A stretch of 64,000 nucleotides of DNA, from contig CAXXMU010000001.1 of assembly GCA_963667785.2 (NCBI GenBank), positions 288,001-352,000 of the forward strand, given 5' to 3'. The notes under the pieces are model-generated. The model was not told where the DNA came from. It saw nothing but the letters and a program-made list of their open reading frames with translations, and did no database searches. Shown here piece after piece: positions 30,665 to 40,871 of this stretch (the stretch's first letter is position 1; each line of letters starts with the position of its first letter). The stretch comes from Alphaproteobacteria bacterium. GTDB lineage: Bacteria; Pseudomonadota; Alphaproteobacteria; UBA828. A program made the position numbers and the translations under genes.

Positions 30665-31810
30665 TCAGCACTGGGCGCGGGCGTCGATCGGCCAGATGTC
30701 GACCAGCGTGTCGCCGCGCACGCAGTGATAGGCGTCGTAGAGGTTGAGCGTCCCGTAGCAGTGCGGCGTGAGGCATTCCAGCGCCTCGCCCACCTGCGGC
30801 ACCCGCGCGCCCGCCGGCACCGTGACGCGGCCCATGTCGTCGCCCACCAGCTCGTAGCGCGAGTCCGCTTCGGCGCCCGAGGTGACGCGGGGGGCGAGCT
30901 CCTCGCGCGCGAATTCCTTGATGCCGGCGTCGGTGACGGCGAACTCGTCCCGCGCGCTGATTACCGTGGTGCGCACGAAGAGCGCGGGCTCGAAGGGATG
31001 TGGGTTGTCCGGCTCGAAGGGCGTCTCGATGTAGTTCACGTCCATGAAGATGTAGCTGCCCGCCTGACACTCGGTGAAGAGGCCGGCGGCGGCGTCGATC
31101 GCATAGGTCCCGGTGCCGCCGCCGGAGACGATCTCCGGCGCGAGGCCCTCGGCGGCGAGGCGCTCGCACAACTCGGCGAGCGGCGCCGTGCAGCGCTCCT
31201 GCTCCGCGCGGCGGGCGGCGATGTCGGGTTCCCGCTGGAACGAGCCGTTGTAGCCCTGCACGCCTGCGTAGACCGCGCCGTCGGTCCCGGCGACGTGGCG
31301 CGCGAGCGCGACGGCGTCGTCGATCGATGCGAGGCCGGTGCGCCGGCCGCCGACCTCGAAGTCGACCAGCATGCGGAGCGGCCGGCCGGCCTCACGCGCC
31401 GCTGCGGCGAGCCGGCTGGCCACGGCCGCGTCGTCCACGGCGACCAGCAGCCCGTCGGCCCGGGCGTTGAGCCGGGCGAGGCGCTCGATCTTGGGCCCCG
31501 TCACCACCTGGGAGAAGAGCAGCACGCCGGGGATGCCGGCGTCGGCCATGACCTCCGCCTCCGCCAGCGTCGCGCAGCACTGGCCGAGAGCGCCGGCCGC
31601 GGCCTGGAGCTTCGCCACCGCCACCGACTTGTGGATCTTGGCGACCGGCCGGAGCCCGTGGCCGGCATCGGCGAGATAGCCGGCGAGATAGGCGATGTTG
31701 CGCTCCAGCCGGTCGAGGTCGAGCACCAGCGCCGGCGTCTCGAGCGCGGCGCGCGATCCGGACTGGTCGATCAGCGCCTGGTTGGGGCCAAGCTCTCCCG
31801 TGGGACTCAT
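30665..31810 (-). CDS. Fold-type III PLP enzyme (DSD1 / D-threonine aldolase-like), divergent
   Basis: LETPALVLDLD, RPVAKIHK (PLP Lys), RTG, SGGGTGT and ECQAGSYIFMD. Confidence 0.85.
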   Translation of the reverse strand: MSPTGELGPNQALIDQSGSRAALETPALVLDLDRLERNIAYLAGYLADAGHGLRPVAKIHKSVAVAKLQAAAGALGQCCATLAEAEVMADAGIPGVLLFSQVVTGPKIERLARLNARADGLLVAVDDAAVASRLAAAAREAGRPLRMLVDFEVGGRRTGLASIDDAVALARHVAGTDGAVYAGVQGYNGSFQREPDIAARRAEQERCTAPLAELCERLAAEGLAPEIVSGGGTGTYAIDAAAGLFTECQAGSYIFMDVNYIETPFEPDNPHPFEPALFVRTTVISARDEFAVTDAGIKEFAREELAPRVTSGAEADSRYELVGDDMGRVTVPAGARVPQVGEALECLTPHCYGTLNLYDAYHCVRGDTLVDIWPIDARAQC

Positions 31811-31980
31811 CGCCGCTCCCCGTGCTGCGTGCTGCGTCGTTCGTGGGCGCGCCATCGAATAGCAGGGCGCGTGCGCGGTCAAATCGCCGCCGGCCCAACT
31901 GGCGCCGCAGGCCCGGGGTCGATAGGATCGCCCGGCGCCTCAGGGCGCGACAGCGCATCGCACCAGCGGGGAGGAGAACC

Positions 31981-33165
31981 GTGCCGGGACCGCTCGACGG
32001 CTTTCGGGTGATCGACCTGACCACCATGGTCTCGGGCCCGTTCGCGACCATGATGCTGGGCGACCAGGGCGCGGACGTGATCAAGGTGGAGGCGCCCGGC
32101 GGCGGCGATCACGTGCGCACCGGCGGCAATCGCGCCGGCGGCCTCGCCACCCAGTTCATCAACACCAACAGGAACAAGCGCTCGATCGCCGTCGATCTCA
32201 AGCACCCGCGCGGGCGGGAGGTGGTGGGGCGCCTCGCCGCCGGTGCCGACGTCTTCATCCAGAACTTCCGGCCGGGCGTGGTCGATCGCCTCGGCGTCGG
32301 CGAGCCCGAGATCCGCGCGGCGAGCCCGCAGATCGTCTATGTCTCGATCAGCGGCTTCGGCGAGGCCGGCCCCTACGCCACGAAGCGCGTCTACGATCCC
32401 ATCATCCAGGCCGCGTCGGGCCTGGCCTCGGTCCAGGGCGGCTCGGACGATGCGCGCCCGCGCCTCATCCGCACCATCCTGCCGGACAAGCTCACCGCCG
32501 TGACCGCGGCCCAGGCGGTGACCGCGGCCCTGCTCGCCCGCGCGCGTAGCGGCGAGGGCCAGCACGTGCGCCTTTCCATGCTCGACGCGGTGGTGGCCTT
32601 CCTCTGGGCCTCGGACATGGGCGGGCATACCTTCGTCGATCAGCCTGCGGACGGGCAGCGGGCGGCGAGCTTCATCGACCTGATCTACGAGACGCGCGAC
32701 GGCTTCATGAGCGTCGCCGTGATGAGCGATCGCGAATGGCGCGGCCTCGCGCGCGCCGCGGAGCGACCGGAATGGCTGGAGGACGAGCGCTTCAAGACGC
32801 CTGCGCTCCGCGACGAGAACATCGACGAGCGGCTCGCGCTGACCCAGGAGGCGATCCGCACCCGCACCACCGCCGAATGGATGGAGCGGCTGGAAGCGGA
32901 AGACGTGCCCTGTGCGCCGGTGCTGACGCGCAGCCAGCTCGTCGAGCACCCGCAAGTCGCCGCCGGCGACACGCTCGTCGAGTACGACCACCCGGCAGCG
33001 GGCCGGCTGCGCCAGGCGGGGCCGGCGGCCAGCTTCGAGGCGACCCCGGCGACGGTGCGCCGTGGGGCGCCGCTGCTCGGCGAGCACACCGACGAGCTGC
33101 TGGGCGAGGCCGGGTTCTCCGCCGAGGGCATCGCCACGCTGCGCGGCGACGGCGTGGTCGCCTGA
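31981..33165 (+). CDS. Family III CoA transferase (CaiB/BaiF)
   Basis: GPLDGFRVIDL, GADVIKVE, NRNKRSI and NFRPG; GGAGGAG RBS before GTG. Confidence 0.92.
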   Translation: MPGPLDGFRVIDLTTMVSGPFATMMLGDQGADVIKVEAPGGGDHVRTGGNRAGGLATQFINTNRNKRSIAVDLKHPRGREVVGRLAAGADVFIQNFRPGVVDRLGVGEPEIRAASPQIVYVSISGFGEAGPYATKRVYDPIIQAASGLASVQGGSDDARPRLIRTILPDKLTAVTAAQAVTAALLARARSGEGQHVRLSMLDAVVAFLWASDMGGHTFVDQPADGQRAASFIDLIYETRDGFMSVAVMSDREWRGLARAAERPEWLEDERFKTPALRDENIDERLALTQEAIRTRTTAEWMERLEAEDVPCAPVLTRSQLVEHPQVAAGDTLVEYDHPAAGRLRQAGPAASFEATPATVRRGAPLLGEHTDELLGEAGFSAEGIATLRGDGVVA

Positions 33166-33172
33166 GCCGCCC

Positions 33173-34729
33173 GTGAGCTGGCAGGCGGAAGCCGACGAGC
33201 TCGCGGCCAAGCGGGCGCTCGCCGAGGCCCAGGGCGGCGCGGAGGCGGTGGCGCGTCAGCACGGCAAGGGGCGCCTCACCGTCCGCGAGCGGATCGCCGC
33301 CATGGTGGACGAGGGCACCTTCCGCGAGCTCGGCACTGCCGCCGGCGAGGCGGAGCGCGGCGAGGACGGCACGCTCACCGGCTTCACGCCAGCCAACTTC
33401 GTCCTCGGCTTCGGCAGGGTGGAGGGGCGCCGCTGCGTGGTCGGCGGCGAGGACTTCACGCTCGCCGGCGGCTCGCCCAACGAGGCGGGGCTGCGCAAGA
33501 GCGTCTACGCCGAACAGCTCGCCATCTCGCACCGGGTGCCGCTGATCCGCCTGCACGAGGGCGCCGGCGGCAGCGTCGGCGGCCCCGGCTCGAAGAAGAA
33601 GGCCGCGCCCTCCGGCGGGCCGGTCTACGCGCCGCCGCGCTTCCAGTCGGTGGGCGAGGCGATGGCGACGGTGCCGGTCTGCGCCGCAGCCCTCGGCCCG
33701 GTGGCGGGCCTGCCGGCCTCCCGCCTGGTGGCATCGCATTTCTCGGTCATGACCGAGAACGCCCAGGTGCTGGTCGCCGGGCCGGCGCTGGTCGCGCGCG
33801 CGCTCGGCAAGCGGCCGAGCAAGGAGGCGCTCGGCGGCCCCCAGGTGCATGCGCGGAACGGCGTGGTCGACAATCTGGCGCCGGACGAGGAGGCGGCCTT
33901 CGCCGAGATCCGGCGCTTCCTGAGCTATCTGCCGGCCAATGTCTGGGAGCCCCTGCCGCGCGGGCCCGGCGACGACCCGGCGGACCGGCACGCCGAGGAG
34001 CTGATCGCCATCGTGCCGCGCAACCGGCGCAAGCTCTACGACATGCGCCGCGTGATCGCGCTGGTGCTGGACGAGGGCTCGTTCTTCGAGATCGGCCGCC
34101 TCTACGGGCCCGGCCTGATCACGGGATTCGCCCGGCTTTCGGGCTACCCGGTCGGCGTGCTCGCTAACGACTGCTGGCACCTCGCCGGCGCCATGACCGC
34201 CGCCGGCGCGCAGAAGACGCGGCGCTTCGTCGAGCTCTGCGACAGCTTCCACATGCCCGTCGTCAGCCTGATCGACGAGCCGGGCTTCATGATCGGGACC
34301 GAGGCCGAGCAGGCCGGCACCATCCGCTTCGGCACGGCGGCGGTGCTGGCGGTGGCGGGATGCGCCGTGCCCTGGGCCTCGGTGATCGTGCGCAAGGCTC
34401 ACGGCGTCGCCGCCGCCGCCCACTTCGGTCCCGACGCCTTCGTGCTCGCCTGGCCGTCCGCCGAGATGGGCGCGCTGCCGGTGGAAGGCGGCGTCGCCGT
34501 CGCCTTCGGCCGCGCCATCGCCAAGGCCGACGACCCGGCGGCGGAGCGCGAGCGGCTGGAGGCGGAGATGCTGGCGCGCCAGTCGCCCGAGCCCCGCGCC
34601 GAGGCCTTCTCGATCCACGAGCTGATCGACCCGCGCGAGACCCGGCCCCTGCTCTGCGAGTGGATCGAGCGGGTCCAGCCGATGCTGCCCCCGCTCGCCG
34701 GGCCCCGGCGCTTCCCCGTGCGACCCTGA
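33173..34729 (+). CDS. Acyl-CoA carboxyltransferase (beta-subunit-like)
   Basis: GRLTVRERI, DFTLAGGS, LGGPQVH..NG and DEPGFMIG. Confidence 0.85.
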   Translation: MSWQAEADELAAKRALAEAQGGAEAVARQHGKGRLTVRERIAAMVDEGTFRELGTAAGEAERGEDGTLTGFTPANFVLGFGRVEGRRCVVGGEDFTLAGGSPNEAGLRKSVYAEQLAISHRVPLIRLHEGAGGSVGGPGSKKKAAPSGGPVYAPPRFQSVGEAMATVPVCAAALGPVAGLPASRLVASHFSVMTENAQVLVAGPALVARALGKRPSKEALGGPQVHARNGVVDNLAPDEEAAFAEIRRFLSYLPANVWEPLPRGPGDDPADRHAEELIAIVPRNRRKLYDMRRVIALVLDEGSFFEIGRLYGPGLITGFARLSGYPVGVLANDCWHLAGAMTAAGAQKTRRFVELCDSFHMPVVSLIDEPGFMIGTEAEQAGTIRFGTAAVLAVAGCAVPWASVIVRKAHGVAAAAHFGPDAFVLAWPSAEMGALPVEGGVAVAFGRAIAKADDPAAERERLEAEMLARQSPEPRAEAFSIHELIDPRETRPLLCEWIERVQPMLPPLAGPRRFPVRP

Positions 34730-34819
34730 CCGACCGCCCTTGACCGCCCTGTTGTGATGCCGGGTGGCGCTCGCTAGGGTCGCCGACCGGGGAGAGGAAA
34801 CACGAGCGGAGAGAAGGAC

Positions 34820-35356
34820 ATGGCGGAAGGGGAGCGCGGCTCCGAGACGCCGGCTTCGGGGCCGGTGCGCACGCTGGATCATGTCGGCATCTCGGTGCCG
34901 GACATCGACGCGGCCGTCGCCTGGTACCGCGACGTCCTCGGCTGCTACGTGCTGATGGAGCCGATCGAGGGCCATGCCGACGACAGCTATTTCGGGCAGA
35001 TCGTCGGCGACATCTTCGGCGCCGACTTCAAGGGCATGAAGATCGCCCACCTGGCGACCGCCGACGGCGTCGGCATCGAGCTCTTCGAGTTCCTCGCCAA
35101 CGCTCCGCAGGAGGAGCACTTCGCGTACTGGAAGACCGGCATCTTTCACATCTGCATCCTGGAGCCCGACATCGAGGGCCTGGCGAAGCGGATCGACGAG
35201 AGCGGCGGGCGCCAGCGCAGCAAGGTGTGGAAGCTCTGGCCGGACAAGCCCTACAAGGTCTGCTACTGCGAGGACCCGTGGGGCACGATCATCGAGGTCA
35301 GCTCCCACCCCTACGTCATGGCCTGGTCCAACTTCATCCCGCGGCACGGGGACTGA
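34820..35356 (+). CDS. VOC / glyoxalase family protein
   Basis: HVGISVPD, GIELFEF, GIFHICI and EDPWGTIIE metal ligands. Confidence 0.88.
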   Translation: MAEGERGSETPASGPVRTLDHVGISVPDIDAAVAWYRDVLGCYVLMEPIEGHADDSYFGQIVGDIFGADFKGMKIAHLATADGVGIELFEFLANAPQEEHFAYWKTGIFHICILEPDIEGLAKRIDESGGRQRSKVWKLWPDKPYKVCYCEDPWGTIIEVSSHPYVMAWSNFIPRHGD

Positions 35357-35393
35357 GCGTCCCGCCGTCCGTCGTGCGGGCTAGAGACGGGAC

Positions 35394-36557
35394 ATGACGG
35401 TCTCCCGGCTGCGCGCCATCCCCGGCATCGGCGTGGACCGCATGGGCGACGCGGCGGATGCGGCGCGCGATCCCGAGATGCTCCGCCTGGAGAATCTGGA
35501 CACCGACATCCCGCCGCCGCAGGCCGCCATCGACGCCACCCGCGCCGCCGCCGGCCGCGACGACGCCAACAGCTACCTGCCCTTCCTCGGAACGGACGCG
35601 CTGAGGCAGGCCGTGGTCGCGCGCCTCGCTGTGGACACCGGCGTCGCCTACGACTGGCGCGCGCAATGCGTGATCTCGGCGGGCGGCCTCTCCGGCATCC
35701 TCAATGCCCTGCTCGCCATGCTCGAGCCCGGCGACGAGGTCATCATCAGCGATCCCGCCTACGCCGGCCTCATCAACCGCATCCGCCTCGCCGGCGGCGT
35801 GCCGCGCCTGGTGCCGCTGCGGGTCGCAGACGGCGGCTGGCGCCTCGACCTGGATGCGCTGGCCGCGGCAGCGAGCGAACGCACGAAGGTCGTGCTCACC
35901 ATGAGCCCCTCCATGCCGAGCGGCGTCGTCCACACGGCTGCGGAATGGCGGGCGATCGCCGCCGTGGTGGATCGCACCGGCGCCTGGCTCCTGCACGACG
36001 CGGCGATGGAGCGGCTTCTCTTTGCGGGCGCGCCGGCGCTCAATCCGGCCCGCATGCCGGCGCTCGCCGAGCGGACGGTGACCGTCGGCAGCGTCTCCAA
36101 GGAATACCGGATGATCGGCTGGCGGGTCGGCTGGATCGCGGGGCCGGCGGAGATCATCAAGGACATCGGGCTGGTCAGCCTGACCAACGTGGTCTGCCAG
36201 GTGGGCATCGGCATGCCGGGGGCTGCGGCGGCACTCAGCGCGGAAGACGACGGAATCGCCGCGGCGGTCGCCGAATGGCAGGCGCGGCGGGACGTCATCC
36301 TCGCGGAACTGGCGGACCTGCCCGTGGTTCGCCCCGACGGCGGCTGGTCTCTGCTGATCGACACGGCGAGCCTCGGGATGGACCCGTCCGAGGCTTCCCG
36401 GCGCCTGTTCGAGAAGGGGAAGATCGCCGCGACGCCGATGACCGGCTGGGGCAGCGGGGAGATCGCCGGCCGCTACCTGCGCTTCGTCTTCGCCAACGAG
36501 CCCCGGGCGCGCCTCGCGGGCCTGCGCGAACGCGTCCGCGCCGCGTGGTCGGTCTGA
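35394..36557 (+). CDS. PLP-dependent aminotransferase class I/II
   Basis: GSVSKEYRMIGWRVGW, PGDEV and SPSMPSG. Confidence 0.88.
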   Translation: MTVSRLRAIPGIGVDRMGDAADAARDPEMLRLENLDTDIPPPQAAIDATRAAAGRDDANSYLPFLGTDALRQAVVARLAVDTGVAYDWRAQCVISAGGLSGILNALLAMLEPGDEVIISDPAYAGLINRIRLAGGVPRLVPLRVADGGWRLDLDALAAAASERTKVVLTMSPSMPSGVVHTAAEWRAIAAVVDRTGAWLLHDAAMERLLFAGAPALNPARMPALAERTVTVGSVSKEYRMIGWRVGWIAGPAEIIKDIGLVSLTNVVCQVGIGMPGAAAALSAEDDGIAAAVAEWQARRDVILAELADLPVVRPDGGWSLLIDTASLGMDPSEASRRLFEKGKIAATPMTGWGSGEIAGRYLRFVFANEPRARLAGLRERVRAAWSV

Positions 36558-36669
36558 AGGGACGCGCCCTCGTCCGGCGCATAACGGACTCGCGCCGCCC
36601 GGCCCCTGCGATATACTCCGCCCCCGGATTTCCGCCGCCCGCCCCGCAATCACCGAGACGCGCCCGTCG

Positions 36670-36951
36670 ATGAACGCGCTGGCCGACCTCATCCACGCCG
36701 TCTTCTCGATCTACATCTACCTGCTCATCGCGTCTGCGCTGATCAGCTGGCTGGTGGCGTTCAACGTGATCAACACGAGCAACCGCTTCGTGTACATGCT
36801 GCTGAGCTTCCTCCACCGCATCACGGAGCCGGCGCTGAGACCCATCCGGCGCATCATCCCCAACCTCGGCGGCATCGACATATCGCCGGTCATCCTGATC
36901 CTCATCCTCTACTTCGTCCGCGACCTCGTCGTGGACAACATCGTCCCTTGA
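36670..36951 (+). CDS. yggT: YggT family membrane protein
   Basis: SWL.AFNVIN and [22 protein letters not shown]. Confidence 0.92.
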   Translation: MNALADLIHAVFSIYIYLLIASALISWLVAFNVINTSNRFVYMLLSFLHRITEPALRPIRRIIPNLGGIDISPVILILILYFVRDLVVDNIVP

Positions 36952-37027
36952 TCCGCTGATCCGCCCGCCGGCGACGCGCCCGCGCGCTGCCGGAGCAGAC
37001 GAAGCCAGGCCTGAGCGAGGAACATCC

Positions 37028-37909
37028 ATGAGCGAGGCGGTCATCATCGACGGCAAGGCATTCGCGGCCGACTTGCGCGCCGATGTCGGGCGCAGGGCGG
37101 CGCTGCTGAAGGAGCGGCACGGGCTCGTGCCGGGGCTCTCGGTCGTGCTGGTGGGCGACGACCCGGCGAGCCACGTCTACGTCCGCAACAAGGGCAAGGC
37201 CACCGTCGCCGCCGGCATGGATTCGCAGGAGTACCGCCTGCCCGCGACCGCGAGCCATGCCGAGGTGCTGGAGACGGTCGAGAGGCTGAACGCGGACGAT
37301 TCCGTGCACGGCATCCTGGTCCAGCTCCCGCTGCCCGACCAGGTGGAGTCCGACGCGATCATCAACGCCATCGACCCGGACAAGGACGTCGACGGCTTCC
37401 ACACCACCAACGTGGGCCGGCTCACCACCGGGCAGGAGAGCCTGGTGCCGTGCACGCCGCTCGGCTGCATGCTGATGCTGCGCCACTTCGTGGGCGAGCT
37501 GAAGGGCAAGCGGGCGATGATCGTCGGCCGCTCCAACATCGTCGGCAAGCCGATGGCGGCGCTGCTGCTGCGCGAGCACTGCACCGTCACCATCGGCCAT
37601 TCGCGCACCCAGGACCTGCCCGGCGAGTGCCGCCGCGCCGATGTCCTCATCGCAGCCGTGGGGCGGGCGGAGATGATCCGCGGCGACTGGGTCAAGCCGG
37701 GCGCTGCGGTCATCGACGTCGGCATCAACCGGGTGCCGGCGGGCGAGAAGACCAGGCTGGTGGGCGACGTCTGCTTCGAGGAGGCGGTGGAGAACGCCGG
37801 CTGGATCACCCCGGTGCCGGGCGGCGTCGGGCCGATGACCATCGCGTGTCTCCTGAAGAACACGCTGAGCGCCGCCTGCCGGCGCCACGGGGTCGACGAG
37901 CCCGAATAG
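37028..37909 (+). CDS. folD: Methylenetetrahydrofolate dehydrogenase/cyclohydrolase
   Basis: [28 protein letters not shown] and [10 protein letters not shown]. Confidence 0.97.
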   Translation: MSEAVIIDGKAFAADLRADVGRRAALLKERHGLVPGLSVVLVGDDPASHVYVRNKGKATVAAGMDSQEYRLPATASHAEVLETVERLNADDSVHGILVQLPLPDQVESDAIINAIDPDKDVDGFHTTNVGRLTTGQESLVPCTPLGCMLMLRHFVGELKGKRAMIVGRSNIVGKPMAALLLREHCTVTIGHSRTQDLPGECRRADVLIAAVGRAEMIRGDWVKPGAAVIDVGINRVPAGEKTRLVGDVCFEEAVENAGWITPVPGGVGPMTIACLLKNTLSAACRRHGVDEPE

Positions 37910-37924
37910 GTGAGCCGGGCGGGC

Positions 37925-38356
37925 TCAGAGCAGGCCGAGGTCGCGGAGCTCGGCCTCCATCTCGGGCGGGAAGGAGTCTTCCCGCGCCGTGACCGCGCCC
38001 ACCGGGCCGAGATCGCGCGGCGCTGACGTACCCTCCAGGTAGCGCCAGCCCTGGTGCGGGCGTCGGCGCACCGGATCGGTCGCGATCAGCTCCGGGTCCA
38101 GGACGATCGCGCACTTGGGCTTGCCGCCCGCCTCCGTCTCGTGCCGGTCGAGGGCCAGGATGCGCTGGCGCACCCGGATGCGGTGCCTGATGACCCAGTA
38201 CATGGAGCCGCCGTCGAGGATTTCGTCGGCGCGGCGCGGGCGGAAGCGGGTGACGTGGATCAGGCGGCCGGTGCGCCACAGCCGCTGCGCCTGAACCGAG
38301 CGCAGGTGGTCGACCCCCTCGATGCCGACGGCCAGCTTCAGCAGGTTGAGACTCAC
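37925..38356 (-). CDS. DUF1489 family protein
   Basis: LLKLAVG, TRFRPRR, GGSMYWVI and QGWRYL. Confidence 0.85.
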   Translation of the reverse strand: MSLNLLKLAVGIEGVDHLRSVQAQRLWRTGRLIHVTRFRPRRADEILDGGSMYWVIRHRIRVRQRILALDRHETEAGGKPKCAIVLDPELIATDPVRRRPHQGWRYLEGTSAPRDLGPVGAVTAREDSFPPEMEAELRDLGLL

Positions 38357-38357
38357 C

Positions 38358-39143
38358 TCACGCGCGCCATTTTGGCGCCCGCTTCTCGAGAAAGGCGGCG
38401 ATGCCCTCCCTGCCCTCGTCGGAGGCGCGGGCGGCGGCGATGCGGCGGGCGACGTCGTCGGCCAGCGCCTCGTCGATGGGCCGGCCGGAGACCGCGTCGA
38501 TCAGCGCCTTCGCCCGGCGGTGGGCGTCCGGCGAGCCCTGCAGCAGCATCGCCACGACCTCGGCGCCGCGGGCCGCGAGCGCCTCGGCGGGCAGGACCTC
38601 GTGCACCAGCCCGATCCGCCGGGCGTGCGCGGCATCGAAGCGCTCGCCGGTGAGCATGAGGCGGCGGGCGTGCGATTCGCCGACGGCCCGGATCACGTAG
38701 GGGCTGATCACGGCGGGAATCAGGCCGAGGCGTACTTCGGTCAGCGCGAAGGAGGCGCGCTCGGCCGCGAGCGCGATGTCGCAGGCGCTGACCAGCCCGA
38801 CGCCGCCGCCGTAGGCCGGCCCCTGCACCAGCGCCACGGTCGGCGTCGGCAGGCCCCCCAGCACTGTGAGAAGGCGCGCCAGCGCCCGGGCGTCGGCGAC
38901 GTTCTCTTCTCGTGTGAAGGCGGCGGCTCTCTTCATGTGGGCGAGATCGGCGCCGGCGCAGAAGGATTTTCCGCGCCCGGCGAGCACCACCACGCGCACG
39001 TCGTCGCGCGCCGCCACGTCCTCCAGCGTGCGCGTGAGCCGGGCGATCAGCGCGTCATCGAAGGCGTTGTGCGTCTCCGGCCGGTTCAGCGTGACCGTGG
39101 CGACCGCGCCGTCGACGGCGAGCAGGACGGTGTCGTCCGTCAC
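38358..39143 (-). CDS. Enoyl-CoA hydratase (methylglutaconyl-CoA hydratase, LiuC-like)
   Basis: LNRPETHNAF, FCAGADL, GGGVGL and EVRLGLIPAVISPY; follows the MCC beta subunit. Confidence 0.9.
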   Translation of the reverse strand: MTDDTVLLAVDGAVATVTLNRPETHNAFDDALIARLTRTLEDVAARDDVRVVVLAGRGKSFCAGADLAHMKRAAAFTREENVADARALARLLTVLGGLPTPTVALVQGPAYGGGVGLVSACDIALAAERASFALTEVRLGLIPAVISPYVIRAVGESHARRLMLTGERFDAAHARRIGLVHEVLPAEALAARGAEVVAMLLQGSPDAHRRAKALIDAVSGRPIDEALADDVARRIAAARASDEGREGIAAFLEKRAPKWRA

Positions 39144-39147
39144 GGCC

Positions 39148-40752
39148 CTACATCCGGAACACGCCGAAGCGCGTGGCCGCCGCCGGGCCGTGCGCGACGA
39201 TGCCGAGCGCGCGCGCCAGCACGTGGCGCGTCTCGGCCGGGTCGATCACGCCGTCGTGCCAGAGCCGGGCTGCGGCATAGTAGGGATTCCCCTGCTCCTC
39301 GTACTGGGAGAGGATCGGCGCTTTGAATTCGGCCTCCTCGGCCTCGCTCCAGTCGGCACCGTCCGCCTCCATGCGGTCGCGCCTGATGCGGGCCAGTACG
39401 CTCGCCGCCTGCTCGCCGCCCATCACCGAGATGCGCGCGTTCGGCCACATCCAGAGGAAGCGGGGGCCGAAGGCGCGGCCGCACATGCCGTAGTTCCCGG
39501 CGCCGAAGCTGCCGCCGATGATGACCGTGAGCTTGGGCACGGCCGCGCACGAGACCGCGGTGACGAGCTTGGCGCCGTCCTTGGCGATGCCGCCCTGCTC
39601 GTAGCGCTTGCCCACCATGAAGCCGACGATGTTCTGCAGGAAGAGCAGCGGGATGTCGCGCTGGCAGCAGAGCTCGATGAAGTGCGCGCCCTTGAGCGAG
39701 GATTCGGAGAAGAGGATGCCGTTGTTGGCGAGGATGCCGACGAGATGCCCGCCGATGCGGGCGAAGCCGGTCACCAGCGTGGCGCCGTAGCGGGCCTTGA
39801 ACTCGTCGAACTCGCTGCCGTCCGCGATGCGGGCGATGACCTCGCGCACGTTGAACATGGTCCGGAGCGACGGCGGCACGACGCCGTAGATCCCGGTGGG
39901 GTCGTGCACCGGGTCGGGCGCCGGGCGGGCGGGCGGTCCTGCCGGCGCGGCGCCGAGGCGGGCGACGATGGCGCGCGCCCGGCGGATGGCATCGGCGTCG
40001 TCCGCCGCCATGTGGTCGGCGACGCCGGAGAGCCTGGTGTGCACGTCGGCGCCGCCCAGCTCCTCGGCGCTCACCACCTCGCCGGTGGCCGCCTTCACCA
40101 GCGGCGGGCCGCCCAGGAAGATCGTGCCCTGCTCCTTGACGATGACGGTCTCGTCGGACATCGCCGGCACGTAGGCGCCGCCCGCCGTGCACGAGCCCAT
40201 CACCACCGCCACCTGGGCGATGCCCTTCGCCGACATGCGCGCCTGGTTGTAGAAGATGCGGCCGAAGTGCTCGCGGTCCGGGAACACCTCGTCCTGGTGC
40301 GGCAGGTTGGCGCCGCCGGAATCCACCAGATAGAGGCAGGGCAGGCGGTTCTGCTCGGCGATCTCCTGGGCGCGAATGTGCTTCTTGACGGTCAGCGGGT
40401 AGTAGGTGCCGCCCTTGACCGTCGCGTCGTTGGCGATCACCACGCACTCGCGCCCCGCGATGCGGCCGATGCCGGTGATGATGCCGGCGGCGGGCACGTC
40501 CGCGCCGTAGAGCCCGTCGGCGGCGAGCGCCGAGAGCTCCAGGAAGGGCGTGCCCTCGTCGAGCAGCGCCGCCACCCGCTCGCGCGGCAGCATCTTGCCG
40601 CGCGCCCGGTGCCGCTCTTGTGCCTGCGCCGGGCCGCCGGCGCGCACGCGGGCGTGGCGCTCGGCGAGGTCGTCCACCAGCGCCCGCATGGCGGCCTCGT
40701 TGGCCTTGAACTTGTCCGAGGCCGGATCGGCCGTCGAGCGCAGAACCTCCAT
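39148..40752 (-). CDS. Methylcrotonyl-CoA carboxylase carboxyltransferase subunit (LiuB-like)
   Basis: [41 protein letters not shown] and [10 protein letters not shown]. Confidence 0.93.
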   Translation of the reverse strand: MEVLRSTADPASDKFKANEAAMRALVDDLAERHARVRAGGPAQAQERHRARGKMLPRERVAALLDEGTPFLELSALAADGLYGADVPAAGIITGIGRIAGRECVVIANDATVKGGTYYPLTVKKHIRAQEIAEQNRLPCLYLVDSGGANLPHQDEVFPDREHFGRIFYNQARMSAKGIAQVAVVMGSCTAGGAYVPAMSDETVIVKEQGTIFLGGPPLVKAATGEVVSAEELGGADVHTRLSGVADHMAADDADAIRRARAIVARLGAAPAGPPARPAPDPVHDPTGIYGVVPPSLRTMFNVREVIARIADGSEFDEFKARYGATLVTGFARIGGHLVGILANNGILFSESSLKGAHFIELCCQRDIPLLFLQNIVGFMVGKRYEQGGIAKDGAKLVTAVSCAAVPKLTVIIGGSFGAGNYGMCGRAFGPRFLWMWPNARISVMGGEQAASVLARIRRDRMEADGADWSEAEEAEFKAPILSQYEEQGNPYYAAARLWHDGVIDPAETRHVLARALGIVAHGPAAATRFGVFRM

Positions 40753-40871
40753 CGCCTCTCCTCTGGGCGGCTCCGTCAAGGTACAGGTGCCCGGCGCCGA
40801 TGCAACAGCCCGCGGCGTTCGCATCGTGGACGCCTGTTATCATGTGCCATTGCCGACGGAGGGAGACCGCC

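Noticed and set aside
36952-37027. Missing DUF167 gene between yggT and folD, and DUF1326 (52879-53502) without its frequent DUF2182 partner
   Set aside because: This is ordinary gene-order variation, and no pseudogene remnant is visible.
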